Part shown: positions 38,131 through 50,589 of the stretch, piece by piece
How the letters are laid out: each line of letters opens with the position of its first letter
Numbering within the stretch: position 1 is the stretch's first letter
NCBI RefSeq assembly: GCF_004010195.1
Contig: NC_057728.1
Location: forward strand, 51,837,444-51,901,443
Source: Chiloscyllium plagiosum
Lineage: Eukaryota
Direction: 5' to 3'
DNA length: 64,000 nucleotides
Made by a program: the position numbers and the translations under genes
Notes under the pieces: generated by a model
The model's database searches: none
Seen by the model: only the letters and a program-made list of their open reading frames with translations
What the model was told of the DNA's origin: nothing

Positions 38131-38264
38131 TAGGAGATAGTGAGGACTGCAGATGCTGAAGAGTCAGAGTCGATAAAATGTGGCACTGAAAAAGCACAGC
38201 AGGTCAGGCAGCATCCGAGGAGCAGGAAAATTGACGTTTCGGCCAAAAGCCTTTCATCAGGAAT
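38131..38264 (-). mobile_element. Short HHR-plus-tail unit (family A)
   Basis: Minus strand TTCCTGATGAAAGGCTTTTGGCCGAAACGTCAATT followed by the family A tail. Confidence 0.85.
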
Positions 38265-39210
38265 TGATCTGTCCGGTATCAACATCCCTACAGCACCACT
38301 TTCACTCTCTCCTCCCTCTTTCAGCAACTTGTCCTAGTCTACATAACCTTTAATCATTCTCCAAGCTTTTTTTCCCTGTATTCCAAAGGAAATGCTTACT
38401 ATTATTACTGGGGTGATGATGATGAAGCCGTAATATCATTTGCCTAGTGAACCAGGTGAATTCTGTGTGAGCCTGGGTTCAAATCCCACTGAGGGAACTG
38501 CCATGGTGAGATTCAAACCCAGAACATTACCTAGATCACTGAATTAATAGCCAATACCACTAGGCCGTCACCTTGCAATAAAAATTAAGAGTTAAAACTT
38601 CTACAGATCTGGAGTGACAAATAGACCAAATTGGGTAAGGATATCAGATATTTACCACAGGAGAAAAGGGAGAATTATTTGTTGGCAAGTCAACATTGAT
38701 TGGTCAGAGTACTGCCAATCTTTATTGACCCAAAATACAGGTAACTTTTCCTCAGCAATGCACCACAATCTCTGCCTTGACTTTTAGGGTGATGTCTTGG
38801 AGTGGCTACCCAAGGACAGTATTCAGTGAGCCACGACTAACAACAGAGCTCCCTTGTTAATGAGGAGACAGCTACATATAGCCAACAGTATAACTCAGGT
38901 TCCCCTACTGTACCTGTATCAGAGACTAGACAGTAACAGACAATTCATTATTTATTTCTTAGAGCACTTGTTTGTCCCCACACAGTGAGATGGGTGGGTC
39001 AAAGTGCAAGAGTATGTAAACACTTTATATGCATGTAAATGGTGTAGCTCTTGCCATTCAAGACAGAATAAAATTATTGAGTATTCTGTTTGCTGCAGTC
39101 AAATTTCACTCTAGTGAAGGTGATACACAGGTAAATAACATGGATGTCATTTCTCAGGTGCATATACATGCACATCTGAGGTGATATATTTATACTAATC
39201 CACAACTTAC

Positions 39211-39311
39211 ATTCGAATTTGATATTTCTTAAATTTTCAGGAAGCTCATGAAGTGCAACTTTGAGCCACTCGTCCAGCTGTTTCGCAAATTTACGAATCA
39301 CTTGTGTCAGA
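39211..39311 (-). CDS. RFX4: RFX4 coding exon (101 nt): [33 protein letters not shown]
   Basis: Within ORF 39074..39415; tttcag|TCT acceptor and GAAT|gtaagt donor. Confidence 0.97.
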
Positions 39312-39744
39312 CTGAAATGACAGATAAAGGGAATGAATGAAACACATGTTGTTGGATATTGCCTCAGAAAAACAACAACTCGCATACATATAGCAGTTGT
39401 AGTGTACTGGGACAATGCAGCACACTCTAGATGTCACACTTTCCTATGAATGAACAATTATCTTCTCTTTGCAAAGGTGGAAGTAATTCAATCCTTGTTC
39501 TGAAACATCACATACAGAAAGATCTGGCTTTCTGCAACTGGGAACTTTACACAACCCCAATTATTCACATCTTCCACCAATATTGCAAATTATTGTACTT
39601 GGTGAATTGTTCACCTACCTCTTCTCTTTTCAGTTGCTGACTGACCAATAGAGTGTTTCCTACATTTTATGCACTCCTTACTCAATAAATTAGACTGTGC
39701 TAATGGCAAAGGACAAATAAAATTAGGTACCATTGTAGGGGAGT

Positions 39745-40235
39745 CAACTGTTGAACAACACCTCTGAATCCAGAATATTGTAGGCTCAAGTTCTGCTCCA
39801 GAGATCTGAACTCAAATTCTAAGTTGATACCCCCAATGTTGTACTGAGGAAGTACTATCATAGGATCAGAATTGAGGGAGTGTTCACTGTTGGAGGGGAA
39901 TCACCAAGAGGGAGCTCTCAGAGAGACAGTACTGAGAGAGTGCCGCACTTAGAGAAGTACAGAGCAAGTACTGAACTGTTGGAGGGGCGGCATGAAGGGA
40001 GTGCCGGTTTGTCAAAGGAATAGTATCAAGGGAGCACCACAGGTTGAAGGGCAGCATCAAGGGATCACTGCTCTGTCAAAGAGTCAGTGCAAAGGGTGGA
40101 GTGCACTGTTAAACAAGCAGTACCAATGGAGTGGTGTTCTGTTCACAATGCCTTCTTTTCAATGAGACATTAAATTGAGACTGTATCTTCCTTCTCAGGT
40201 GGATTCAAGAGGAACTATTTTAAAGAACAGGGGGC
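39745..40235 (+). mobile_element. Deu-domain (SacSINE1/AmnSINE1-like) SINE with internal ~33-bp tandem expansion
   Basis: Decayed tRNA-like head, repeated gtactgagggagtg..cactgttggaggg units, then tgagacattaaattgag...ctctcaggtgga as I recall the Deu-domain motif. Confidence 0.6.
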
Positions 40236-41426
40236 ATAGATTAACTTATACTATTTGTTTCAAGAGATGAATAGCCCAGGAGAAGGTAGTGGCGAGTTGC
40301 TTTCTTGAACCACTGCAGCCTATTTACTGTAGTAGACTCACAGCGCTGTTCGGGAGGAAGTTTCAGGATTTTGACTTAGTGATACAAAGGAACGGCGATA
40401 TATTTCCAAGTCAGGATGGTCAACCCTGCAGGTGGTGGAGTTCCTATTTATCTGCTACTCTTGTCCTTCTATATGGGAGAGGTCATGGATTTGGAAGACA
40501 CTTTCTAAGGAGCTTTGGGAAGCTGTGGCAGTACATCTTGTAGATTCAATCATTGATTAATTTAATTAATATTAAGCAAATTAATTTGCATCTTTAGCAA
40601 AATGTGACAACTGGAGAGTATTAGAGCAATCACTGGTATACAAAAGCATTTAATTTGTAAACAATTATTTCCAGATTAGATTGGACTTGAAGCATTATCA
40701 CAAACTGATCTGGAGGCACATTCTTCACTTGTTTAGATTCAGTAGATAATTGAATGGGACCTTCAATGAGACCAGGTCAGTCTGTTGGAGGGACTGGACA
40801 CTCCAGACAATAACATTGCAGTATGTAGAAAAGGGTTTGTTAAATCATTGAAGTGTGTATGTATTCCTGCCCAATCGTGATTTAAGGAATTAACAAAGTT
40901 CAAAGCATTACCACATACTGGAGTTCCATTTCAGTTTACCCAAAGCTGTTCCCAATTCTGGTCATACATACTGAGACAAAAATAACTTTTTTTTCAAGTG
41001 TATAACTTCTGGGTAATGGATTTGGCTTTATTATTTTGTAGGATGTGAGCATCATTTTGCAAGGCCAGGATTTATTGCCCTAACCCTAGTTACCCTGAAG
41101 AAGGTAGTACTGAGGTGCCCTGCTTGAACTGCTGCAGTCCATAGGGTGCAGAGTCATCCACAATACTGTTAGGAATTGAATGCCAGGATTTTGACCCAAC
41201 CACATTGCAGTCACAGTGATTAGATGCTTGTCGTGATTTTTCTGCCAACCAAAACTAATAAGGGATGGTTATTTAATGGGTTGGTGCACAATCTGACTGG
41301 TGGAGTGTGCAAAGAGTCACTGATCCTATATCGATTGAGTACCCTGGCTGGTATTGGACCTTTCCCATTGGAGTCTGGAACTGGGGATCCAATGCTGTTG
41401 GAGGTATGGACGATGGTTTGACCAAC

Positions 41427-41590
41427 CTGTCTGGTAATGCCTGCAGCACAGTGGGCATCAAAACTCCGGAGATTGCCTTGTACAATATGGAGTCACAAAC
41501 ACCAACAATGTTCACAACAGTGGAGGAGCCCAGCACCGGGAGCATGTGGGGGGGCATTCCTTGCCAAAAGTGTAGAAGGAAGCTTTGAAC
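41427..41590 (-). CDS. RFX4: RFX4 coding exon (164 nt): [54 protein letters not shown](S)
   Basis: Within ORF 41273..41599; aaccag|GTT acceptor and ACAG|gttggt donor. Confidence 0.97.
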
Positions 41591-41685
41591 CTGGTTCACA
41601 CAAGGAAGAAAAAGAAAGCAGCTTCAAAATGTGGCTTTAGCCGCAAGTTACTGGAAATTGGCTTGAATCAAACAGAAGTGCTTAC

Positions 41686-41763
41686 CTCATCGAAATTTGC
41701 CCTGATCACTGTGTCTAGGATTCTCTGACAATGAGTTCTATACATCATAATGAAGGTGGAAAC
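41686..41763 (-). CDS. RFX4: RFX4 coding exon (78 nt): [26 protein letters not shown]
   Basis: Manual translation; ttcctag|GTT acceptor and GAG|gtaagc donor; phase 0/0; absent from the ORF track. Confidence 0.97.
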
Positions 41764-42134
41764 CTAGGAACAAAAGGGCAGAAAAATCTGGTCATAACAA
41801 ACACCAAACTTATATTGACATAACCTCATAGTGTGATGGTTTTTTTCCAGTTCTAAGGAATAATTTTACATCAAAACCTTGTGGATATTGAAGATCATCA
41901 TGGATCATCACCTCATGGATCATTAGACAGCACCCTCACATCAGAGGAAGTACACTATCAAGTCCCAATCCAAAGATTCAAACCCATAATCCAGGTTTAA
42001 CAGTGCTTGTGTAGAATTGAAGGAAGTGCTCTTGGTTTGTTTAAATCGATGTAGATAGCCCTTTGGCATTAAAGAGTCTTGCAGCACAGCAACAGTTTCC
42101 CTACCCGTCGGCCATGAAGTCTTGGATTCAATTT

Positions 42135-42600
42135 TGGAGACTTTGAAGAGTGTGCAGAAGAGGTTTACCAGGATGCTGCCTGAACTAGAGGGTATGAGCT
42201 GTGAGAGAAACTAGAAAAACGCGGCAGAGGCTGAGGGGAGACTTGATAGAAGTCTATAAAATTATGAGATGCATAGATAGGGTTGACAATCAGAATCTTT
42301 TTCCCAGAATTGAAAAGCCTAATTCTAGGGGGCATATATTTAAGGTTAGAGGAAAATATACAGGAGATGAGAGGGGCAAGTTTTTTACAGAGAGTGGTAG
42401 GAGTCTGGAGCGTGCTGCCAGGGGTGGTGATGGAGCCAGATATGATAGGGGTGTTTAGGAGACCTTTAGATAAGCACATGAATATGCAAGAAATGGAGGG
42501 GTATAGACCAAAGGCAGGCAGAAGAGATTAGTTTAATTTGGCATCATGCTCTGCACAACATCATGGGCCAAAGAGCCTGTACTCTTCTATGCTCCATGTA
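42135..42600 (+). mobile_element. CR1 3' fragment
   Basis: RQRLRGDLIEVYKIMR..DRVD..NLFP. Confidence 0.9.
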
Positions 42601-44898
42601 AATTCAAAGGCTGCAATGATCATGTAGGCATGTCATACCATCTCCAAACATCCATGGCATACTTAAAGAGCTGGAAATGACACGAGGGCCCTGGCCAACT
42701 CTCCTACTTCAATAGCCCTACATACGGATGGTTAGTGGAACTTCGACTATTGTTTCTGCTCACGAGAGCATTATCTGTCTCATTCTAATCTTTGCAATGA
42801 CTGACAGCAGTAGGGGAGTTTAGGAGAAATTAAAAATGAAGTTTGCATGCTTCAGTCTCTTTAGTACAGGAGGTGGATTGGCACACATATGTGGAATGAA
42901 CACAACACGCTTAATATGGGACAGTGGAAATCAAAGGGCGGAAAAGCCACTGGCAAAGATTGCCAAGAAAATGGCTCAAGATCAGGTATTAGCAGACAAT
43001 GAGTCAAGGACCTATCTTGGGGGCAAATCACACACACCACATTATGTGATACCAACAAAACTATCTCTGTTTGGGTGACATTTCACAAAGAATTTATGTT
43101 TCGTCAGAACATCTGAGTCTTTCTACAGGTTAGTTGTGAATATGTTCCCTTCAAGTTGAGACCACGTCCCATGGTTCTGCTGTTTTGGAGAAAGTGAAGC
43201 AGCTCCTTATAGCCAACATTATCCAGTCCTTTTATGAACCTAAAAACAACAATCAAATCACTGCTCAACATTCACCTTTCCAGTGTGAAGATTTTATATT
43301 TTCTCCTCATAATCTAGTCTTCCATTTTCTCAACCAATCTGGTTTCTCCCTATATCCATGAGAGTACAATGAACCTTAAAGTTGAACAAGGGCAAAGGAC
43401 AGGAGATGATTATATTTAGGAATTAGACAGGTGGATACAGATAACATTCGATGTTGCAAAATATTTTACATGGAAACAAAATGTCCAAGAAGGCACAGTT
43501 ACTTAACTGGAGGGAAAAGAATGTGGATTGCGAATAAGAGATGGAATCTCGTCATTCTGACTGGCTATCGCTAAATAACTTTGCAGTGAGTGAAGCAAAT
43601 CAGATATTAGATTGTATTGAAACAGTCAACATTAAGCTGAAATGGTGGGGCAAATCTGCCACTTTATAATCACTGGTGCAACCCAGTCAATGTACAGTTC
43701 TGCTCACTGCAATGCAAAAAGGATAACACAACTGCTGACAGGATATAGAGAATAACCAAATGATTCAGGGGACGGAAGAATTAGGTGATGAGGAGCAAAC
43801 AAATAAACTAAGCATATTCTTACTAGAAAATAGCAGATTATAATGTGATTCAACTACTGCTTTCAGTTGTAAAGGGCTTGGCTTGACGAGCTGGTTTATC
43901 TTGTTCAGAGAATGGATCCAGAGGATACAGCCTACAATTGAAGGTGGGAAATTCAAACTAACCTTTGGAAGGACTGAGGGGACTGTGCTGTTGTTGATTC
44001 CCATGTTTTCTAATATGTAAAGTATTTAAATATATTAATAACTGTAATATATTAATTAAGTGCCTATCATCATGACCACAGATCATAATCCCAGATCACC
44101 TATGGACATATTGAACTTTTAATTGCAACAAATGATTTTTTCCTAAAAGAAGGAGATGTAACAAAAAAGTAATTGCAGATGTTAATTCAATGGATTTCTG
44201 GAGAGGGAGCCTAGACTGCCACACCTGAAAGTGTCAAGTACGTTTCAAATGGAGAAATACAATACAAACTGATCTGTAATCTCCTGTAAGTTATCTTAGA
44301 CTGAGAGTATTGTGAGGGACATATTTTATCCCATCAAGTATACATAAGCTTAACCCTCATCTTGTGTGCACTAGTGAGCTGAAGTACTTCTGTGTGCCAG
44401 CACAGAGGTACTCATGTGCTAGCTTGCATTCTAGTGTTAGTGTGCTATAAAAGTCAAAGTCAAAGAACCATTCACGAGTCACCCCTACATTGCAGGTAAA
44501 ACATTTTCCACACTGAGGCATGACAGTCAAAAGGAAATAAGAAAGAAAACTATCAGCTGGCCCTCAAAGCTAAGAAGTTTGGAACAATTGCCTTTAAAAA
44601 GTTGAAGGCATGTACTGTACCTTTAAGAGAGGGAGAATGCTGTTCTAAACTGAGAGATTACAAGCACCTGTGTATATGACTAGATGGCAATCCCAGAGTG
44701 TACTGGAAAATTGAAAATATGTAACATTTGGCTGTGAAATGGATAACTGAGTTTTGTTTTGACAGCAATTTGAATCTAACCAATCAGTTTAAATTATGCC
44801 CCAAGATACTAAAACCCAATCAAGTTTGAATTTATTATTTTGTCACTATCAAACCAATGAGACAATCTGATTTTGGGGGGTATAAGAATCACACTCCT

Positions 44899-45014
44899 AT
44901 GAAGGGCTTATGTGATACACCGATTCTCCTGCTTTTCAGATGCTGACCTGCTGTGCTTTTCCAACACCACACTTTTCGATGCTGATCTCCAGCATCTGCA
45001 GTTCCCACTTTCTC
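44899..45014 (+). mobile_element. Short HHR-plus-tail unit (family A), decayed
   Basis: atgaagggcttatg...gattctcctgc...ctccagcatctgcagttcccactttctc. Confidence 0.8.
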
Positions 45015-45820
45015 TGGGAATAAAAATGCAGACATTTTGAGAATTGGTCAGAGAGCAACTGCCGTAGAGCCAGAGAGCTAACTGCCCATCTAATACCTTG
45101 CTCTCCAAGAAATTAGAAAACACTCTCTCCCAAATGAACCTTTTTATGTGAAACATACTCGCAATTAAAAGAAAGAAGACGATGCAGGGAGATCCACAGC
45201 AGGAAGAACGAAGACACAGAAGAAGACAGAGACTGTGTGATTTTCAAATTAAATTGATGTAATTTTAATAAGTGTCTTATTGGAACAGCATATTGTTCTG
45301 GAGTTGGAGGTAGATAATAAGTAGTTAAGAGAAAGGGGGCTTCAATCTGTGAATAGTTGTTGTTTAATGTTCACTGTCAGAGTTAGAAAAACAATTGATG
45401 TTATTTTCTTTAAATAGTGGAATTTGGGAGTTCTCTGTCACTCATTTTAACACGTTACAAGGTGAGGTGAGCTTTTCTGGGTATTTGGTTTTATTAACAG
45501 AGGGATTCACCTCTGTGTCGTAATACTGCTCATCTCTCAATGTTAAACTATTTGCTCTTCATGAGAGACCCAATGACTAATCCATATCTTTTAACTTTAA
45601 TCTTCTTTTTGACTCGCTTCCCATGTGTGTCCTTTTATTACTTCACATGTTCAGTAATGAATAAAATCACTACTTGTTAGCTCATGAAAACCTGGTTAAA
45701 TTGGCTTTAAAACATAAGTTCATTAGGATCTGGAGGCAAGCAATCCACAAAGGAAGGGATCCTATTTAAATTAACGCTGTTGCAACTAACCAAGTGGGTA
45801 GATGATTAAAGAGGCAGAGC

Positions 45821-45915
45821 TTTCCTGATGAACGGCTTATGCTTGAAGCGTCGATTCTCCTGCTCATCGGATGCTGCCTGACCTGCTGTGTGTTTCCAGC
45901 ACCACACTTTTTCAC
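45821..45915 (+). mobile_element. 95-bp HHR-only unit (family A) with perfect 13-bp TSD
   Basis: aaagaggcagagc at 45808-45820 and 45916-45928; ttcCTGATGAacggcttatgcttGAAGCGTCgatt (core partly decayed). Confidence 0.88.
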
Positions 45916-47578
45916 AAAGAGGCAGAGCCAGTCCATCCCTCTTCTTCTGGGAGCCTGACAATTTGGACCATCTCACCTGCACCAGTGATCATTTGAGGGA
46001 CCTTGCCTGGGGTCTTATACATTGACCAGAGATAAATACTTTGTTTAGGTACCTCTTCATGGATAAACCCACCAATATTCATTCTAAAAATCCATGCCCA
46101 ATTTTTAATTGTTAGTTTGCAATCTGCAAACTGCTCTATTAAAACCTTTGCTATTGAGTTCAAAACTCAAGTGACCTCCTGACACTATTCTTCATGATCA
46201 ATAAGGTAAGCTCATTCTGAAGCCTTCTTCTCATTGACCAGCACAGAAATAAGAGTTACACAAGTGAAGAGGTGTTGGGAATCTGAGAGGAGATGAACTA
46301 CTGAGTGGAGTTGGGAACTAGGAATGCCCTGTTTGCTTCATGACAGCATGCAGAAAGGAATTCTTCAGGAAGTAGGAATCACATCCCTCACAAGATCTAA
46401 ATCCCCAACCACCAACTTAGCAGTGACAAAGAAGGAATTCCCTCCATTCTTGATGGTTCAGAACCAGTCGGACCATACTGCATGACTTTCTGTGGCAAGT
46501 CACTTTGACACAGTCTCTACTAATTGCATCTCCTCAGCCTCTCAGTTCATGTAGATCTAGAAGGAGAACCCTTCATGATAACCTTAGCTAGTGTGGGGAT
46601 TGAACCCATACTACTAGCATCACTCTGTATTACAAACTAACTATCCAGTCAATTGAGCTAAACCAATCCCATCCATGTAGCTCTATGTGGTGGGTAATTG
46701 AAAGGTAATTGAGTGATTTGCATTCTTCAGAAATGGCCGAACCTAGTCCCCCTTTCCAAGATCTCAATATAAAATCTTGGTTTCTTTTCTAAGACTTTTT
46801 TAATATCAGAACTATACTGCACCTTATCTAATCACTCTAGTTCATCAGCACTTTGACAGAACATAAAGCATTAATGCAAAATAATGATTACTTGTTGCAC
46901 TAAATTAAGAGCAATAAGTAAAAGGTCGTCTAGTGTTAGTTGTTCTGTGTTTGATTAGGGGACCCTCTTTACAATTATTGTTCACTTTGCTCCATTAGTG
47001 AAGCCGGATTATGGATTCAAGGAACAGTAAACCAAGACGATGAAGAAACAGAAAGTCCGAACTAACATGTGAAGCAGATATTTAAAAACATTGCAAATAA
47101 AACCTGTTACACACATAGAAATTAGTGGCATCTCTGCACTGATGTAAACAGCGACATGGTTAGCATGTGAAACTTGCTGCCACATGGAGTTGTTTGGGGT
47201 GAATAGTGCAGATGTGTTTAGGGGAAGATAAAAAAAAACAGATGGTGGGAGCAAAGGAATTGAAGATATGCTGTAATGTGGGATGAAGTGCAGTGAGAGG
47301 TGGCTCACTTACAGCAACAAACAGGAGTGTGGCCGAAAGGCCTGTACCCATTCAGTGTCTACATTTAATATTTCCACTTCTTCCAATCTTTGTTTTGGAT
47401 AGCTGGCAGTGGGCAGATGCTGAATTCTCATTAAAAGCTAAGCTGCACTGTTTGTAAAGAGGCTACATGGTTTTTATTATCCCTTCATTTTATCCGGGAG
47501 ACAGGATGATCTACATTTAATTTGTGCACTGGCGTGAAACAGCACAGATAATGGATCAGTCACTCATTGTGTGTTTAC

Positions 47579-47792
47579 CTTCTCCTCCGAGAGGCTTGCT
47601 GGCAGATTTAGATCTTTGACATTTGGAAACTCTGGCAGCAAGGTGCCCAGCTTGGATCGTGGTGAATACGCCACCGTCTGCTTCGCCACTTCTTTCTTCC
47701 CTGTTTCGTTTACCCAAGCTGCTCCTTTTTTGGAATACATCACATCGTAATAAGGTGAGCTCTCCTTCACTGCTATCCCATAATAATGGTAT
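47579..47792 (-). CDS. RFX4: RFX4 coding exon (214 nt): (K)[71 protein letters not shown]; end of RFX DNA-binding domain
   Basis: Translation matches vertebrate RFX4 as I recall it; acceptor ccaatag|AT and donor GAAG|gtaaac on the minus strand. Confidence 0.97.
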
Positions 47793-48769
47793 CTATTGGC
47801 GGCAAATTCACCGGGTTACAGTTACACAATTGAACAACGAATAAATTTGAAAAAAACTCAGAATAAATGAATCAGTCAGCTGGATGGCAGGCTCTACCAA
47901 AGAGCCAGGACAAAACACCATGGGCTGAATGGCCTTCTTCTGACTCTATTTGCACAGAACTCGGTGAGAGGGACTGAATGTATGCAAGATGAGGAAAGCA
48001 GAAGTTATTCATCAGTATTTTGCAAATTTATAAATGAAAGTCTCTGAGATGTCCACCATTACACATTACCCTGCCAAGCAGTTTAGCAGTGCACCGATGC
48101 TGCAGTTACAATTTAAGGTACAGCATCAATCTGGAACCAGGGATGACCCTGGACAGAATCCAGTTCAAGCATTGACAAAATACCCACACCATGTATTTAG
48201 TCACTTGGCAAAATAATGGCTGATATTAAACACTCTAACTCTGCAGCCCTCTATTTGTGAAACTCCTGGCCTTTGCTTTGGACAGTGTTAGGTTGGGACT
48301 GGGGACTCGCTGGATAAAGATATTGCCGGAGAAATCCTTGCACAATCTCCACGTGGAATGCTGTATTGCACTGAACTGGAATTTGCTGTCTTACTTGGGA
48401 AGAGCTCCCTTAATAGAACTGTCCATTAACAGTGAGACTGAAATGAATGAAGATGCAGCAAATTACAGGCTAACTGCAATGCTTGGGCTTTAACTCAGGA
48501 CTAACGGTCTAAGTTTTGAATTGACATGACACAGATCATCATTGCATTAAAGCTCAGCAGGTCTGGCAGCATCTATATTATTCTGCGGAAGGATCACTGG
48601 ACCTGAAACATTAACTCTGATTTCCCTGCACAGATGCTGCCGGACCTGCTGAGCTTTTCCAGCAATTTCAGTTTTTCTTTCCGAATTCTAGCATCGCCTT
48701 TTTTTCAGTTTTCACCATTGCATTAGGCAGGTTTGCAGTCATGATGCCACCTTTGACAGCCTTACACTG

Positions 48770-50410
48770 TACAATCTAAGTACAGTGTTCAGATCTAAAT
48801 ACAATTCATATCGAAACACAGTCTATATCTAAAAACCGTCCACACTTACGTACCATCCACATCGAAATATAATTCATATCCGAACACCGTCCACATCTAA
48901 ACGGTGTCCACATCTAAATACTGTCCACATCTAAATACTGCCCACATCTAAATACAGTCCATTTCTAAACACCGTCCACAGCTACATACCATCCATATAT
49001 AAATACAGTCCATATCTAAACACTGTTCACATCTACATACCATTCACATCTATAATCCAGATCTAAATACTATCCATATCCAAACACTGTGCATAGCTAA
49101 AAGCTGTCCACATATAAATACTGTCCACACCTAAATACTAGGTGGAAGTGAGGACTGTAGATGCTGGAGATTAGAGTCAAGGTTAGAGTGGTGCTGGAAA
49201 AGCACAGCAGATCAGGCAGCATCCAAGGATCAGTATTATCCACAGCTAAATACTGTCCATATCTAAACACTGTCCAAATCTAAACACTGTCCACATCTAA
49301 ACGCCATCCACATCCAAACACCGTCCACATCCAAACACCGTCCACATCTAAACGCCATTTACATCTAAACGCCATCCACATCTAAACACCTTCCACATCT
49401 AAACACCTTCCACATTTAACAACTTCCACATCTAAACAATTTCCACATCTAAATGCCATCCACATCTAAACACCTTCCACATCTAAACACCTTCCACATC
49501 TAAACGCCTTCCACATCTAAACACCGTCCACATCTAAACGCCATCCACATCTAAACGCCGTCCACATCTAAACACCATCCACATCTAAACACCATCCACA
49601 TCTAAACACCGTCCACATCCAAACACCGTCCACATTTAAACGCCGTCCACATCCAAACACCATCCACATCTAAACGCCGTCCACATCTAAACGCCATCCA
49701 CATCCAAACACCGTCCACATCTAAACACCGTCCACATCTAAACACCGTCCACATCTAAACACCTTCCACATCTAAACACCTTCCACCTCTAAACACCTTC
49801 CACATCTAAACACCTTCCACATCTAAACAACTTCCACATCTAAACAACTTCCACATCTAAATGCCATCCACATCTAAATGTCATCCACATCCAAACATCG
49901 TCCACATCCAAACACCGTCCACATCTAAACACCATCCACATCTAAACGCCGTCCACATTTAAACACCACCCACATCTAGATATTGTCCACATCTCAATAC
50001 TGTCCACAGCTAAACACCGTCCACAGCTAAATACTGTCCACACCTAAACACCGTCCATACCTAAACGCAACCCACAGCTAAACACCGTCCACATCTAAAT
50101 GCCGTCCACATCTAAATGCGGTGCTCAGCTAAATGCTGTCCACATCTAAACACTGTGCAAATCTAAATGCTGTCAACATCTAAATGCCATCCATATCTAA
50201 GCACTGTTCACATCTAAACACTGTCCACATCTAAATGTCGTCCAAAGCAAAAAACTGCATATCTAAATACTGTGCACATCTAAACACCGTCCACATCTAA
50301 CGCCATCCACATCTAAAAACTATCCACACCTAAACACAACCCACATCTAAAAGCCATCCACATCTAAATGCCATCCACATCTAAACACTGTCCATATCTA
50401 ATTACAGTCC
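48770..50410. repeat. 17-bp minisatellite (ccacatctaaacaccgt)n, ~1.6 kb, interrupted by a family A Penelope fragment at ~49141-49232
   Basis: Direct reading; homogeneous centre with decayed edges. Confidence 0.95.
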
Positions 50411-50589
50411 AGAATGAAGGATTGATCAACTTCTGACCTTCTCTCCTCAGTGCAAAACCCCACGATTGGCAAAACCCCGAACAACATAAGAATACGGGAA
50501 CAGCAGGAGTCCATTTAGTCTCTTGAACCTGTTCTATCACTCAATGAGATTATGGCTTATCATTTTTCTAACTCCAATTAGTTCAAATG

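Larger units (their letters stand above)
44310..45960 (+). mobile_element. Probable nested solo LTRs, with two short HHR units inserted
   Basis: Three CCAAT boxes (44780-44858), gggggTATAAG, AATAAA; LTR-like ends gtgtcgtaata (~45524) and gcctgaca (~45960); boundaries uncertain. Confidence 0.45.
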
